Source: an uncultured Chloroflexia bacterium (GTDB taxonomy: Bacteria > Chloroflexota > Anaerolineae > CG2-30-64-16). Taken from it: a DNA stretch of 64,000 nt. Shown here piece after piece: positions 51,897 to 64,000 of the stretch. Made by a program: the position numbers and the translations under genes. Numbering within the stretch: the stretch's first letter is position 1; each line of letters starts with the position of its first letter. The stretch lies in the NCBI GenBank assembly GCA_963810095.1, contig CAWEMM010000002.1:192001-256000 (forward strand). The letters run 5' to 3'. The notes under the pieces were generated by a model. It saw nothing but the letters and a program-made list of their open reading frames with translations. It was not told the origin of the DNA and ran no database searches.

Positions 51897-52094
51897 GCGC
51901 GTCGTGTTGGTGTGCGCTGGGGCCGGTCTCCGGCCGTGCCCCCCGGCCCGGTCACAACCGGCCCCAGCTGCTACATCCTGCGTGCGGCTTTAGGTGCCCC
52001 GTTCACTTCAAGCGATTTCCCGTTCCACCCTCCCCCGTTGTACAATCTCCATCGCAACTTGTACTTCCGTTAGTGGTTAACGTGGTTGGGCTCT

Positions 52095-53054
52095 ATGCAG
52101 GTCTCACTGGTCACGCGCATGCTCTTGCGGCGCTCCCTGATGCTACAGGCGGCCGGGGCTGCTCTGGCCGTAGGCGGCGCCGCCTACTACTTCACGCACC
52201 CCCAGCGTATCGTCGCCGAGCTTCCCGATTCGATCCAAGCCAACGCTCATAGCGTTACGCTGACCGCTGTCGACGGTGCGGCGCTCCATGGCACCTGGAT
52301 TCCTGGACGTGGCCCGCACGGCCGGCCGTTCGACCGCACCATCGTGCATCACCACGGCTTCAACAGCTGCGGCGGCGTGCTGCTTGCCCGGCGTGCGCTC
52401 TTTCAGCGGATGGCCGTGCCCTTGCCGTGGGCCGAGCAGCGCGACGCCCTCTGTGCCTGGCCGTTGGTGCAGGCCGGCCTGGCACGCGGGTACAACTTTC
52501 TCCTGCTCGATGCCCGGGCGCATGGCAAGTCGGGCGGCGCGTGGGATCCCTCGGGAATCCTCGCCGTTTCGGATGCTGCCCTCTGGGCCCGCTGGCTGCG
52601 GGATGAGCACCGGCAGCTCTGGGCCGGCTTTTGGGGCAACTCGTTCGGGGGCGGGGTCGGCCTGGCATTGGCCGTGCGCGCTTCGGGCGGCGGATACGAC
52701 GCGATGGTGCTCGACAGCCCGGTCGTGATGGCCGACGGCGTGTATTCGGGCGCAGTGCAGCCGGCGCTCTACGCCGCGATCCGCCCGGTCATCCAGCGGC
52801 TGGGCAACCGGGAGCTTTATCCCGCGCTGCAGACCCACCGGCCCTGGATGCCCATCCTGCTGATCCACGGCACGGCCGACGGCCATGTACCGCCGTGGCA
52901 GAGCGAACAAGTCTACGATCTGATTCGAGACCCCGCGCATCCCGAGCGGACGGACCTATGGTTGGTTCCCGGTGCGGAGCACCTCCAGTCGTTCGAGGTG
53001 GCGGAAGAGGAATATATCCGGCGCACGCTGGATTGGTTCGATAAGTGGTTGTAG
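52095..53054 (+). CDS. Alpha/beta hydrolase
   Basis: DARAHGKSGG, GNSFG nucleophile elbow, IHGTAD, GAEH. Confidence 0.85.
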   Translation: MQVSLVTRMLLRRSLMLQAAGAALAVGGAAYYFTHPQRIVAELPDSIQANAHSVTLTAVDGAALHGTWIPGRGPHGRPFDRTIVHHHGFNSCGGVLLARRALFQRMAVPLPWAEQRDALCAWPLVQAGLARGYNFLLLDARAHGKSGGAWDPSGILAVSDAALWARWLRDEHRQLWAGFWGNSFGGGVGLALAVRASGGGYDAMVLDSPVVMADGVYSGAVQPALYAAIRPVIQRLGNRELYPALQTHRPWMPILLIHGTADGHVPPWQSEQVYDLIRDPAHPERTDLWLVPGAEHLQSFEVAEEEYIRRTLDWFDKWL

Positions 53055-53133
53055 CAGGCTGGTGTGTTCTTGGGGCGGGCCGTACCGGGCATAGAAGGTC
53101 ACCGCAAGAGCGAGAAGGTTCGGAGGCGATTTC

Positions 53134-53850
53134 TTGAGCAGACCCCTTGCCGGCATCGCACGTTGGCTGGTTGCGCTGGCCATGCCTGCGCTGATCGTGC
53201 TCCTGTGGGTGCGAATCATCTGGAATCCGTGGTTCGTCGTGTGGGAATACAGCCGGCCGGGATTTCCGCCCGACCAGTACGGCTTCACGAACCAGCAGCG
53301 GATCGAATACATCCTCCAGTGGATCGACTACTATAACGGCGACCAAAGCCCCGAAGAGGGTGCACAGTTCTTCGGCCAGCTGCGGCTGCCCGGCACCGAC
53401 CAGCCGGTCTACACTGAATACGACGTCAAGCACATGATCGACGTCCGGCACGTGCTCGACACGGCCTGGCGGGTGCTGGCCGTGTCCGCATTCATCGTGA
53501 TCGTTGGGTTGCTGGCGCTGCTCATTCCCAAGGCGACGCGCCGCGACGGGTACGCTGCGATCTTCATGGGCGGCCTGATAACGACACTGTTCCTGCTCGC
53601 GATGATCTTGTTTCTCGCGCTGTCGTGGCGCACCTTCTTCATCACATTCCACGAGGTGCTCTTCCCAGAAGGCGGCTGGACCTTTGACTGGACGAGCACC
53701 CTCATTCGCATTTTCCCCGACCGTTTCTGGTTCGATGGGTTCCTGCTAGGGGTGGGCGTTCCACTGGTCACGGGCGTGATTGTCGCACTGACGGGATGGC
53801 TGTTAGGCCGGCATGCGAGGCGTAAGGAGGCTTATGGGACACCAGGGTAA
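53134..53850 (+). CDS. DUF1461 (TIGR01906-like) membrane protein
   Basis: [25 protein letters not shown]. Confidence 0.8.
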   Translation: MSRPLAGIARWLVALAMPALIVLLWVRIIWNPWFVVWEYSRPGFPPDQYGFTNQQRIEYILQWIDYYNGDQSPEEGAQFFGQLRLPGTDQPVYTEYDVKHMIDVRHVLDTAWRVLAVSAFIVIVGLLALLIPKATRRDGYAAIFMGGLITTLFLLAMILFLALSWRTFFITFHEVLFPEGGWTFDWTSTLIRIFPDRFWFDGFLLGVGVPLVTGVIVALTGWLLGRHARRKEAYGTPG

Positions 53851-55384
53851 GATCACGGCGCTGCGAGATTTGAAGTACGCCTCGGGGTTAGGGGGCGGGG
53901 AAGACCGCATCAAGGCCCAGCATGCCAAGGGCAAGCTGACCGCCCGCGAGCGACTCGAGCTGCTGCTGGACAAAGGGTCGTTCATGGAGCTCGATCGCTT
54001 CGTGATCCAGCGCGGGGGCGACGTCAGCAATCTGCCCGGCCAGGTGCTGGGCGATGGCGTAGTCACCGGGTATGGCACGATCGACCGCCGGCTCGTCTAC
54101 GTGTTTTCGCAGGACTTTACGGTCGTCGGCGGCTCGCTGGGCGAAGCGCACGCCGAGAAGATCTGCAAGATCATGGACCTGGCGATGAAGAACGGCGCCC
54201 CGGTCATCGGCCTCAACGACTCGGGCGGCGCCCGCATCCAGGAGGGCGTATTCTCCTTGGGCGGCTATGCCGACATCTTCCTGCGCAACACGCTGGCTTC
54301 CGGCGTCGTCCCGCAGATCAGCATGATCCTTGGCCCATCGGCCGGCGGCGCCGTCTACTCCCCGGCCCTGACCGACTTCATCGTGATGGTGAAGGACTCG
54401 TCCAACATGTTCGTGACCGGGCCAGACGTGGTCAAGGCCGTGACGCACGAGAGTGTGACGTTTGAGGAACTGGGCGGGGCGCTGACGCATGCGTCCACGT
54501 CGGGCGTCGCCCACTTCGCCGCCGACGGCGAAGAAGACGCCGTCTTCCTGGTGCAGCGCTTGCTCTCCTACCTGCCCTCGAACAACATGGAAGACCCGCC
54601 GACCGTTCGCTCGGAGGACGACCCGCTGCGCACCGACGAAAAGCTCAACGAGGTGATTCCCGACGAGCCGAACAAGCCCTACGACATGCACGACGTGATC
54701 TGCAAGGTCGTCGACAACGGCGAGTTTCTGGAGATCATGCAGAACTGGGCCGGCAACATCCTCATCGGTTACGCCCGGCTCGACGGGCGAGCGGTGGGCA
54801 TTGTGGCGAACCAGCCTGCTGTGCTGGCTGGAGTGCTCGATATCAACGCCAGCGTGAAGGCGGCGCGGTTCGTCCGTTTCTGCGACTGCTTCAACATCCC
54901 GATCGTGACGTTCGTCGACGTGCCCGGCTTCCTCCCCGGCACGGTGCAGGAGCACGGCGGCATCATCCGGCATGGCGCCAAGCTGATTTATGCCTATGCG
55001 GAGGCTACGGTGCCGAAGCTGACCGTGGTCACGCGCAAGGCATATGGCGGTGCTTACTGCGTCATGTCCTCCAAGCACATGCGCGGTGACATCAACCTGG
55101 CCTGGCCCACGGCAGAAATTGCCGTCATGGGACCGGAAGGCGCAGTCAACATCGTGCATCGCCGCGAAATCCAGGCTTCGACTACGCCTCAAGAGACCAA
55201 AGCCAACCTGGTCGCCGAGTATCGCGAGAAGTTCGCGAATCCCTACGTGGCCGCCTCGCGGGGGTACGTGGATGCGGTCATCGAGCCGAAGGAAACCCGG
55301 CCGCGCCTGATCAACGCGCTGGAAATGCTGCAGAACAAGCGGGACACGAACCCGCCCAAGAAGCATGGAAACATCCCGCTGTGA
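53834..55384 (+). CDS. pccB: Acyl-CoA (propionyl-CoA) carboxylase carboxyltransferase subunit
   Basis: [51 protein letters not shown]. Confidence 0.93.
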   Translation: MGHQGKITALRDLKYASGLGGGEDRIKAQHAKGKLTARERLELLLDKGSFMELDRFVIQRGGDVSNLPGQVLGDGVVTGYGTIDRRLVYVFSQDFTVVGGSLGEAHAEKICKIMDLAMKNGAPVIGLNDSGGARIQEGVFSLGGYADIFLRNTLASGVVPQISMILGPSAGGAVYSPALTDFIVMVKDSSNMFVTGPDVVKAVTHESVTFEELGGALTHASTSGVAHFAADGEEDAVFLVQRLLSYLPSNNMEDPPTVRSEDDPLRTDEKLNEVIPDEPNKPYDMHDVICKVVDNGEFLEIMQNWAGNILIGYARLDGRAVGIVANQPAVLAGVLDINASVKAARFVRFCDCFNIPIVTFVDVPGFLPGTVQEHGGIIRHGAKLIYAYAEATVPKLTVVTRKAYGGAYCVMSSKHMRGDINLAWPTAEIAVMGPEGAVNIVHRREIQASTTPQETKANLVAEYREKFANPYVAASRGYVDAVIEPKETRPRLINALEMLQNKRDTNPPKKHGNIPL

Positions 55385-55401
55385 GCAGGTGTCTACAGGA
55401 A

Positions 55402-55464
55402 GAACCGAAGAGCCGAAGGCTCGCCAAGCTTACCAGCCTTCGTGGCACTTTGTTCCTTCGGTCC
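55402..55464. repeat. Degenerate periodic hairpin repeat
   Basis: GAACCGAAG...CCTTCGTGGCACTTTGTTCCTTCGGTCC. Confidence 0.45.
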
Positions 55465-55500
55465 TTATTGTATCCGTAGGGCTACAGTAGTGAGGCGAGT

Positions 55501-57033
<1,533 letters not shown>

Positions 57034-57041
57034 AGGCGCTT

Positions 57042-57126
57042 AACACAAAGACACAAGGGCACGAAGATTGCGGCCGCGGCCTTCGCAAGGCTTTTCAGCC
57101 CATTGTGCCGTGGTGCCTTTGTGTTT
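57042..57126. repeat. CACAAAGA-type periodic hairpin repeat
   Basis: AACACAAAGACACAAGGGCACGAAG...TTGTGCCGTGGTGCCTTTGTGTT. Confidence 0.8.
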
Positions 57127-57165
57127 GAGCTCCGGCCGCGATGCGAGCGTACTCAGGAGAGCAGG

Positions 57166-57672
57166 ATGAAGTATTTTGCGACGGTGAACGACCAGACCTA
57201 CGAGATCGACATCGACCACCATGGCCGGGTGACGGTCGATGGCAACGAGCTTGCCGCCGATATGCGGCTGGTTGGCGGAAACAATCTCTATTCCCTGCTC
57301 GTGAACAGCGCCTCCTACGAGGTGGTGCTCGATCCCGAGAGCGACAGCCATTCCAGCTACCGGGTGATGACACGCGGGCTGCAGTATGTCGTGCGCGTGC
57401 AGGACGAGCGCTCGCGGCGCCTGGCGCTGGTCGATCGCAACTTGCGCCCGCCAGATGGCGAACTGCTCATCAAGGCCCCGATCCCCGGCCTGGTGGTGAA
57501 GACGCCTGTCCAGCCAGGGCAGGAGGTGGCCGAGGGTGACACGCTCGTGATCCTGGAGGCCATGAAGATGGAGAACGAGCTGCGCGCACCCCGGGCGGGC
57601 GTCGTCCACGACGTGAAAATTGCGCCCGGCGCCCAGGTGCAGCTGGGGCAGACCCTGCTGACGCTCAAATGA
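57166..57672 (+). CDS. Biotin carboxyl carrier protein
   Basis: APIPG, LEAMKMENE. Confidence 0.93.
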   Translation: MKYFATVNDQTYEIDIDHHGRVTVDGNELAADMRLVGGNNLYSLLVNSASYEVVLDPESDSHSSYRVMTRGLQYVVRVQDERSRRLALVDRNLRPPDGELLIKAPIPGLVVKTPVQPGQEVAEGDTLVILEAMKMENELRAPRAGVVHDVKIAPGAQVQLGQTLLTLK

Positions 57673-57739
57673 TTCGTATCAGCGGCCGGCCAAGTGCGCC
57701 GGCCCCTGACACCCATCCCATGCAAAGGAGTCCCACCTA

Positions 57740-58436
57740 ATGGCACAATCGGCCAAGGCCGAGCGCGGCAAAGCAGCCGCCCCGCACCCCACACACGGCA
57801 AATACTACCGAGATCAATCACTCGGACGTCCCCATCCGGCTGTTCAAGTCAGACTTTCTCGAGTTCTTCACGCACATCAGCCCGGTCGCGGTGTTGATCA
57901 TCTGGGTGCCTGTCATCATCTTCTTCCTCGCGCGCTCGGTCGTTCAGGCGTCAAGCTACGGGGGGTGGGTCTACATCCCCGTTGGCATCCTCGCCGGCAT
58001 ATTCCTCTGGACGTTCGCCGAGTACACGATCCATCGCTTCGTATTTCACTACGATCCAAAGTCGGAGCGCGTCGCCAAGATCTGGTTCATGTTCCACGGC
58101 GTACACCATGCCCAGCCCCAGCTCAAGACCCGGCTGGTGATGCCGCCGGCGCTGAGCATCCCGCTTGCCGTCGTCTTCTACTTCCTTTTCTACTTCGTGA
58201 TCGGCAAGGTGCTGGGCGCGCCGCAGTGGGTGGACCCCACGTTTGCCGGCTTCATGACCGGCTACCTGATCTACGACATGACGCACTATGCCACGCACCA
58301 CTGGCCGATGCGGTCGCCCGTCGCGAAGTATCTGAAGCGATACCACATGATTCACCACTTCAAGACGCCGCAGGCGCGTTTTGGGGTCAGCTCGCCCTTG
58401 TGGGATGTCGTGTTCCGGACCAAGCCGGCCGCCTAA
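57740..58436 (+). CDS. Fatty acid hydroxylase (FA2H/Scs7-like diiron), frameshift near 57808
   Basis: RLFKSDFLEFFT, EYTIHRFVFH, HGVHH, RLVMPP, YDMTHYATHH, HMIHHF, FGVSSPLWD; AAGGAG RBS before ATG 57740. Confidence 0.85.
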
Positions 58437-58450
58437 CCGGTCAGGGGCCC

Positions 58451-58519
58451 CACCACGGAGGCACGAAGGCACCGAGGCTCACAATGCTTCTTCGTGTACC
58501 TTCGTGACTTCGTGGTGAA
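58451..58519. repeat. CACGAAGG-type periodic hairpin repeat
   Basis: CACCACGGAGGCACGAAGGCAC...CTTCGTGTACCTTCGTGACTTCGTGGTG. Confidence 0.8.
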
Positions 58520-58649
58520 TCCCACGGCGCCACGGAGCTTTTCTGACTTGAATCATTGACGCGATCCGGTATTGCGAGTATCCTCGCTGCAGACCATGAT
58601 GACCGGCGCCCGTCGCAAGCGCCGGTCATTTAGCGCGTAGGAGAGTTGT

Positions 58650-59366
58650 GTGAACGTATTGGATAACCTGCCCTTCCAGATCGACGTCCCTGCACTGCTG
58701 CGGGAGATGCACGTCCGCCCTGGCAGCCGCCACGAACCCGAAATCCTGGAGCTGGTCAAGCAGGCCGAGGGCATCGCGCGGCCCAAGGCCGTTTTCAAGC
58801 TCGTCTTCATCGACGCTAAAGGCGCGGAGACGATCCAGGCCGAAGGCGTCGAGTTCAAAAGCCGGGTGATGCGGGTGCACCTGGACAAGCTGGAGCGGTT
58901 CTTCGCCTACGTCTGCACCTCCGGGGTCGAGCTCCAGGGCTGGGCCGACAGCTATGCCGACGACCTGTTGGCAGGATTCTATGCCGACGCGATTAACCAA
59001 GCCGTGCTCAAGAGCGCGTTCGGCGGGTTTGTCAATCACCTCGCGAACGCGTATAGCCTGGTAAACCCGTCTGCCATGAACCCGGGCTCGCTGGGCGATT
59101 GGCCGATTCAGCAGCAGCGGCCGTTGTTCGACTTGCTGGGCGACGTGGAGGGCACCATCGGCGTGTACCTCAAGGAGAGCTTCCTGATGGTGCCGACCAA
59201 GTCGGTCTCGGGCATCCTCTTCCCGGCTGAAGAATCCTTCGCCAGCTGCCAGCTTTGCCCGCGCGACAACTGTCCCAACCGACGCGCCCCTTACGACCCT
59301 GAGCTGTTCGAGCGCAAGTTCCGCACGCCCGTCGTCCAATCGGACACAGAGGTGCCGTTGTGTTAA
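58650..59366 (+). CDS. Stand-alone methionine synthase activation-domain-like protein
   Basis: NPGSLGDWPIQQQRPLF, ESFLMVPTKSVSGI, CQLCPRDNCPNRRA. Confidence 0.8.
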   Translation: MNVLDNLPFQIDVPALLREMHVRPGSRHEPEILELVKQAEGIARPKAVFKLVFIDAKGAETIQAEGVEFKSRVMRVHLDKLERFFAYVCTSGVELQGWADSYADDLLAGFYADAINQAVLKSAFGGFVNHLANAYSLVNPSAMNPGSLGDWPIQQQRPLFDLLGDVEGTIGVYLKESFLMVPTKSVSGILFPAEESFASCQLCPRDNCPNRRAPYDPELFERKFRTPVVQSDTEVPLC

Positions 59367-59374
59367 GGGGCCGT

Positions 59375-59450
59375 TCACAGGAAGACGCAAAGGATCTAAG
59401 CCTCACAAAGCCTTTGTGCATCTTGGTGTCCTTTGTGTGCTTCTGTTGAA
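59375..59450. repeat. Degenerate periodic hairpin repeat
   Basis: GACGCAAAGG..CACAAAGCCTTTGTG..CCTTTGTGT. Confidence 0.55.
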
Positions 59451-59489
59451 GAACCGGCTCGCCGTTGTGCAATTCTTCCGGAGTAGGAA

Positions 59490-61160
59490 ATGACATTAGC
59501 AGAGCGCAAAGCTGCTTGGGAGCAGAAGAGCATCGCCAAAGTCCTGGCGAAGGCGCCAGAGCGTTCGAGCAAGTTCGAGACGTCGTCGGAGATCCCCGTC
59601 GAGCGGGTCTACACGCCCGACCATGAAGCGGACCTGTGCCCGGCTTTGGGTGACGAATACCTCGAAAAGCTCGGTCTGCCCGGCGAGTACCCCTACACCC
59701 GGGGGGTCCAGCCCACGATGTACCGCGGCCGCTTCTGGACGATGCGGCAGTACGCCGGCTTCGGCACGGCCGCCGAGAGCAACCAGCGCTACCGCTACCT
59801 GCTGGCCCAAGGGCAAACGGGCCTGAGCGTTGCGTTCGATCTGCCCACGCAGATTGGGTACGATGCAGATGATCCGCTCGCGCTGGGCGAGGTGGGCAAG
59901 GTGGGCGTCGCGATCTCGTCGCTGGCCGACATGGAAGTGCTGCTCGACCAGATCCCGCTGGACAAGGTCTCGATTTCCATGACCATCAACGCGCCGGCAA
60001 GCATCTTGCTGGCAATGGTCATCGCGGTCGCACGCAAGCAGGGCGTGCCCGAGGCCGGCTTGCGCGGCACGGTGCAGAACGACATCCTGAAGGAATATAT
60101 CGCGCGCGGCACCTATATCTTTCCGCCCGCGCCCTCCATGCGCCTCATCACCGACCTGTTCCGCTACTGTGCGGCCAACGTACCCCATTGGAACACGATC
60201 AGCATCTCCGGCTACCACATCCGCGAGGCGGGCAGCACGGCCGCGCAGGAAATCGCGTTCACCCTGGCCGATGCGATCGAGTACGTGAAGGCTGCCATCG
60301 ACGCGGGCCAGAAGGTCGACGAATTCGGGCCACAGCTGGCGTTCTTCTTCAACGCGCACAACAACTTCCTGGAGGAAGTGGCCAAGTTCCGGGCGGCTCG
60401 GCGCATCTGGGCCAAGATCATGCGCGAGCGATTCGGCGCGCAGGACCCGAAAAGCTGGCAGCTCCGCTTCCACACGCAGACGGCGGGCTCGACACTGACG
60501 GCACAGCAGCCGGAGAACAATGTCGTGCGCGTGACGCTGCAAGCCCTGGCGGCGGTTCTCGGCGGCACGCAGTCGCTGCACACCAACTCGCGCGACGAGG
60601 CGCTGGCCTTGCCTTCGCAGAATGCGGTCGAGGTGGCGCTCCGCACGCAGCAGATTATCGCTTACGAGTCGGGCGTGGCCGACACGATTGATCCCCTGGC
60701 CGGCTCATTCTACGTCGAGGCCCTGACGGACGAGTTGGAGAAGCGCGCGCTGGCGTACATCGAACGGATCGACGCGATGGGCGGCGCGGCCAAGGCCATC
60801 GAGGCGGGTTACGTCCAGAACGAAATCCAGGACGCGGCCTACGGCGCACTGCGCGCGATCGAAGGCGGGGAGCAGGTCGTGGTCGGCGTGAACAAGTTCC
60901 AGCGCCAGCACGATGGGCTGCCGTCCGATCTCCTGCGGATCGACGAAAAGGTGCAGGCCGAGCAGATCGCAAATCTCCGTCAGGTCCGGGCAAGGCGGGA
61001 CCAGGCCGCAGTCGACACGCTCCTGTCGCGGATTCGTGCGGCCGCGCAAGACCCCGGCGCTCCACTGATGCCGCTTTTTGTCGAGGCCGTGTCTGCCTAC
61101 GCGACCCTTGGCGAGATCTGCAACACCTTGCGCGGAGTGTTCGGGGAATACCGGCCGTAA
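59490..61160 (+). CDS. Methylmalonyl-CoA mutase large (substrate-binding) subunit
   Basis: WTMRQYAG (Tyr) and KEYIARGT (Arg) residues; no fused B12 domain; clustered with pcc and mce. Confidence 0.92.
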   Translation: MTLAERKAAWEQKSIAKVLAKAPERSSKFETSSEIPVERVYTPDHEADLCPALGDEYLEKLGLPGEYPYTRGVQPTMYRGRFWTMRQYAGFGTAAESNQRYRYLLAQGQTGLSVAFDLPTQIGYDADDPLALGEVGKVGVAISSLADMEVLLDQIPLDKVSISMTINAPASILLAMVIAVARKQGVPEAGLRGTVQNDILKEYIARGTYIFPPAPSMRLITDLFRYCAANVPHWNTISISGYHIREAGSTAAQEIAFTLADAIEYVKAAIDAGQKVDEFGPQLAFFFNAHNNFLEEVAKFRAARRIWAKIMRERFGAQDPKSWQLRFHTQTAGSTLTAQQPENNVVRVTLQALAAVLGGTQSLHTNSRDEALALPSQNAVEVALRTQQIIAYESGVADTIDPLAGSFYVEALTDELEKRALAYIERIDAMGGAAKAIEAGYVQNEIQDAAYGALRAIEGGEQVVVGVNKFQRQHDGLPSDLLRIDEKVQAEQIANLRQVRARRDQAAVDTLLSRIRAAAQDPGAPLMPLFVEAVSAYATLGEICNTLRGVFGEYRP

Positions 61161-61164
61161 CGAG

Positions 61165-61680
61165 ATGAAAAAACAACCTACCAGTCGCATGTGTTTTATC
61201 TGTGGGGAACGCAACCCGGGCGGCGTGCATCTGCACTTCTACGAGCAGGACGACGGTACGATCCTGGGCAAGTTCACCGGGCAGGACATCCACCAGAGTT
61301 ACCCGGGCCGTATGCACGGGGGCGTGATTACTGCTGCGCTCGACGAAACGATTGGCCGCGCGATCATGATCCGCTACGGCGAAGCGATCTGGGGCGTGAC
61401 CGTCGAGCTCAACGTGCGCTTTCTGAAGCCCGTGCCGCTCGGCGTGCCCTTGACCATCCTGGGACGCGTCACGAGCGACAAATCGCGCATTTTCGAAGGC
61501 TCGGGCGAGCTGATCCTGCCGGACGGGTCGGTTGCCGCCGACTGCGTGGGCAAGTATGTCAAAATGGACATCACGAAGATCGCGGACTTTGACTACGAGC
61601 GCGAGGAATGGTACGTCCGGCCCGACCCGGAGCCGGCAGCCGGCGACGCGACAGCTACACCCGAAGAGGCAGCCTCATGA
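61165..61680 (+). CDS. PaaI family thioesterase
   Basis: CFICGERNPGG, HGGVITAALDE, LNVRFLKPVP. Confidence 0.9.
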   Translation: MKKQPTSRMCFICGERNPGGVHLHFYEQDDGTILGKFTGQDIHQSYPGRMHGGVITAALDETIGRAIMIRYGEAIWGVTVELNVRFLKPVPLGVPLTILGRVTSDKSRIFEGSGELILPDGSVAADCVGKYVKMDITKIADFDYEREEWYVRPDPEPAAGDATATPEEAAS

Positions 61681-62078
61681 CCATCAAGAAGATCGACCAC
61701 ATTGCCATTGTGGTGGAGAACCTGGAGAACGCACTGGGCGTCTATCGCGACGCGCTGGGCATGACCGTGACCGACGTGCGCGAGATGCCCGAGCAGGACG
61801 TCAAGATGGCGTTCCTGCCCGCGGGTGACAGCGAGATCGAGCTGCTCGAACCACTCCACGCGGACAGCGGGATCGGCAAGTACCTGGCGAAGCGGGGGGA
61901 AGGGCTGCACCACGTGTGCCTGGAGGTCGACGACATCGACGCGACCCTGGCCGACCTCAAGGCCAAGGGTGCGCAACTAATCGACGAGACCCCCAAGCAG
62001 GGCGCGTATGGCCGCATTGCCTTCATCCATCCGAAGGGCGCGCACGGCGTGCTCGTGGAACTGGTGCAGCGCGACTGA
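61677..62078 (+). CDS. mce: Methylmalonyl-CoA epimerase
   Basis: IDHIAIVV, IELLEP, GEGLHHVCLEV, FIHPK..HGVLVELVQ. Confidence 0.95.
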   Translation: MTIKKIDHIAIVVENLENALGVYRDALGMTVTDVREMPEQDVKMAFLPAGDSEIELLEPLHADSGIGKYLAKRGEGLHHVCLEVDDIDATLADLKAKGAQLIDETPKQGAYGRIAFIHPKGAHGVLVELVQRD

Positions 62079-62079
62079 G

Positions 62080-63390
62080 ATGAAAAGCGCTCCTCGCCGG
62101 CTGAGCCCGCTACGGGACAGCGTGCGCGCCATGCGGTGGCAAAGCTTACTGGCGCTCAACCGGCCGCCGGACCAAGCGCTGACGCCGGCCCAGGTTGAGG
62201 CCAACATCCGTCACCTCGTCGGCGACATCGCGTGGTTCGGTGTGGTGTGGGGCAGCATCGTGTCGTTTCTCCAGGTGTACACGGTGCGCCTCGGCGCGTC
62301 GTCGCTGCTCGTCGGCGCGATCACCTATGGCCCGGCGCTGATCGCCATCTTCTGGCAGATCCCTGCCGGCCGGCTCATCACCCGCCGCGGTCACCGGATG
62401 CGCTGGGTGCTGCTGAGCGGCCTCGCTTACCGCGGCATCTTCCTATCTGTCAGCCTGATCCCGTTCTTCGTCGCCAGCGTCACTGCCCAGGCCACCGCTA
62501 TGATCTGGGTGCTGTCGGCCTTCATCACAAGCATCAGCAACGTCTCCTTTCTTTCCATGATGGCCGACGCGGTCACTGCAGACCGCCTGGCGCGGATGGT
62601 CGCGCTGCGTTTTGCCGCGTTCGGGCTCACGAGCACCCTGACCGTCTTGCTGGCCGGCCCTCTGCTTGGGCGGCTGCCTTTCCCTCTCAACTACCAGGTG
62701 CTCTTTTTCCTCGGCTTTCTGGGCTCGATGGTGAGCTGGTGGCACGTCAACCAGATGCACGTGCCCGACCCCGCGCCGCAATCCGGCGTACAGCCGGCCT
62801 TCTGGCGCGAGTTCAGAGGCATCATCCGTTATCCGCGATTCCTCCGTTTTCTCGTGTCGGTGTTTGTCTTGCAGCTGGCTCTCGGTATGATCGCGCCGCT
62901 CTTGCCCTTGTATTGGGTGCGAACGCTAGGCGCGACGGATCAGCAGGTGAGCCTGGTGCTCAGCACCGCCACAGGGATGATGGTAGTGGGGTCCTTGTTG
63001 ATGCGGCGGGCGGTGAGCCGCGTCGGTCGGGAGGCGGCCCTGGGTTTCGGCGCGCTCGGCTACGCCTTCTATCCGCTGCTCACGTCGCTGACGACCTCGG
63101 TATGGATGTTGATTCCGTGGGCCGCGATCGCCGGGCTGTTCAGCGCGGCTATCAACGTCAACCTGTTCGACAACGTTGTGGCCGTGACGCCGGACGAGGA
63201 GCGGACGAACTATATGTCCGTTTACAACACGGCACAAAACAGCGGTCTGTTCGTGGGACCGCTGATTGCCGGCCTGCTTGCCCAAACGGCCGGCGGGCCG
63301 GCGCTCGGGCTGCAGGTTGCCGCGGGCGCGACGATTGCGGCTGCGGCGCTGCTGCTGTCCAGGGCGAAACGCGGCGAGATCGGCCGCTGA
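62080..63390 (+). CDS. MFS transporter
   Basis: About 12 TM, LGASSLLVG, PFPLNYQVLF, VGPLIAG. Confidence 0.85.
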   Translation: MKSAPRRLSPLRDSVRAMRWQSLLALNRPPDQALTPAQVEANIRHLVGDIAWFGVVWGSIVSFLQVYTVRLGASSLLVGAITYGPALIAIFWQIPAGRLITRRGHRMRWVLLSGLAYRGIFLSVSLIPFFVASVTAQATAMIWVLSAFITSISNVSFLSMMADAVTADRLARMVALRFAAFGLTSTLTVLLAGPLLGRLPFPLNYQVLFFLGFLGSMVSWWHVNQMHVPDPAPQSGVQPAFWREFRGIIRYPRFLRFLVSVFVLQLALGMIAPLLPLYWVRTLGATDQQVSLVLSTATGMMVVGSLLMRRAVSRVGREAALGFGALGYAFYPLLTSLTTSVWMLIPWAAIAGLFSAAINVNLFDNVVAVTPDEERTNYMSVYNTAQNSGLFVGPLIAGLLAQTAGGPALGLQVAAGATIAAAALLLSRAKRGEIGR

Positions 63391-63462
63391 TGCAACTGAT
63401 CGCATTGATCTGCCCGATCTTCGTGGATATACCGGATATCAGCAGGTCGGTCACACCAGTTA
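63388..63462. repeat. Degenerate ACTGAT-type hairpin repeat between convergent genes
   Basis: AACTGATCGCATTGATCTG...ATCAGCAGGTCGG..ACCAGTT. Confidence 0.4.
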
Positions 63463-64000
63463 AATGGGCTGTCCATTCTTATCCACGGGCACGCTGAAGC
63501 GGAACGTGCTCCCCTTGCCGGGTTCGCTCTCCACCGTGATCGTCCCGCCGTGCGCCTGAACCAGCTGCTTCACGATGGCCAGCCCTAACCCGTAGCCGCC
63601 TGTTTGGCGGGCGCGTGACCGGTCGGCCCGGTAGAAGCGGTCGAACACGTGCGGCAGATCCTCGGGCGTGATGCCCTCACCCGTATCGCACACAGAAACC
63701 CACACGCTGCCGTTCTCACCGAGCGCTGAAACGCCGATTTCTCCGCCCCCGGGCGTGTGCGCCAGCGCGTTATTCAGCAGGTTGCGCAGCACCTGGCCGA
63801 TCCGTTCCCGATCAATGTCGACTTCAGGCAGGCCGGTCGGGACATCAACCGCCAGGGTGACACCCTTGGCGTCGGACTGGGGGCGCAGGATTTCGACCGC
63901 CTGCGCAACCACGTCGGACAGCGGCGTGGGAGTGCGCACGAGCGTGAGCTGCCCTGCCTCGGCCTGCGCCAGTTCATGGAGGTCGAGGACCAGGCGGTTG
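63460..64000 (-). CDS. Sensor histidine kinase (BaeS-like), C-terminal part
   Basis: QVLRNLLNNA, DTGEGI, FDRFYRADRSR, GYGLGLAI, GKGSTF; runs off the window end. Confidence 0.92.
   Translation of the reverse strand, partial: NRLVLDLHELAQAEAGQLTLVRTPTPLSDVVAQAVEILRPQSDAKGVTLAVDVPTGLPEVDIDRERIGQVLRNLLNNALAHTPGGGEIGVSALGENGSVWVSVCDTGEGITPEDLPHVFDRFYRADRSRARQTGGYGLGLAIVKQLVQAHGGTITVESEPGKGSTFRFSVPVDKNGQPI

Overview
GC-rich bacterial chromosome segment. Gene content suggests Chloroflexota (Anaerolineae/Caldilineae-like): Ala/Thr/Pro-linker lipoproteins, an LPXTG protein and an archaeal-type AcnX. This taxonomy is inference. About nine genes carry single-base frameshifts that look like uncorrected long-read errors. 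Most of the window is housekeeping or metabolic: xseAB, dnaJ-prmA-rsmE, coaE, trxB, two B12 acyl-CoA mutases, propionyl-CoA carboxylase, and an ECF sigma/anti-sigma/ABC operon. Three items stand out. (1) At 44.4-49.3 kb, a sugar ABC module whose ATPase is catalytically degenerate and fused to a NarX-type histidine kinase; it sits with a REC-LuxR-REC regulator directly upstream of a ChvE/GguAB-type importer, and both promoters share paired palindromes (candidate ABC transceptor system). (2) At 27.0-29.1 kb, a three-domain DsbA-like lipoprotein with two in-frame TGA codons at the catalytic Cys positions (UPFC/SPDS/UPFC), a candidate double selenoprotein. (3) At 4.7-5.1 kb, two tandem unannotated sRNA-like genes with covarying terminators and a CCUCCUCC anti-SD motif. 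A dispersed family of 9-nt-periodic hairpin repeats also occurs. No rRNA, tRNA, CRISPR or transposase was seen.
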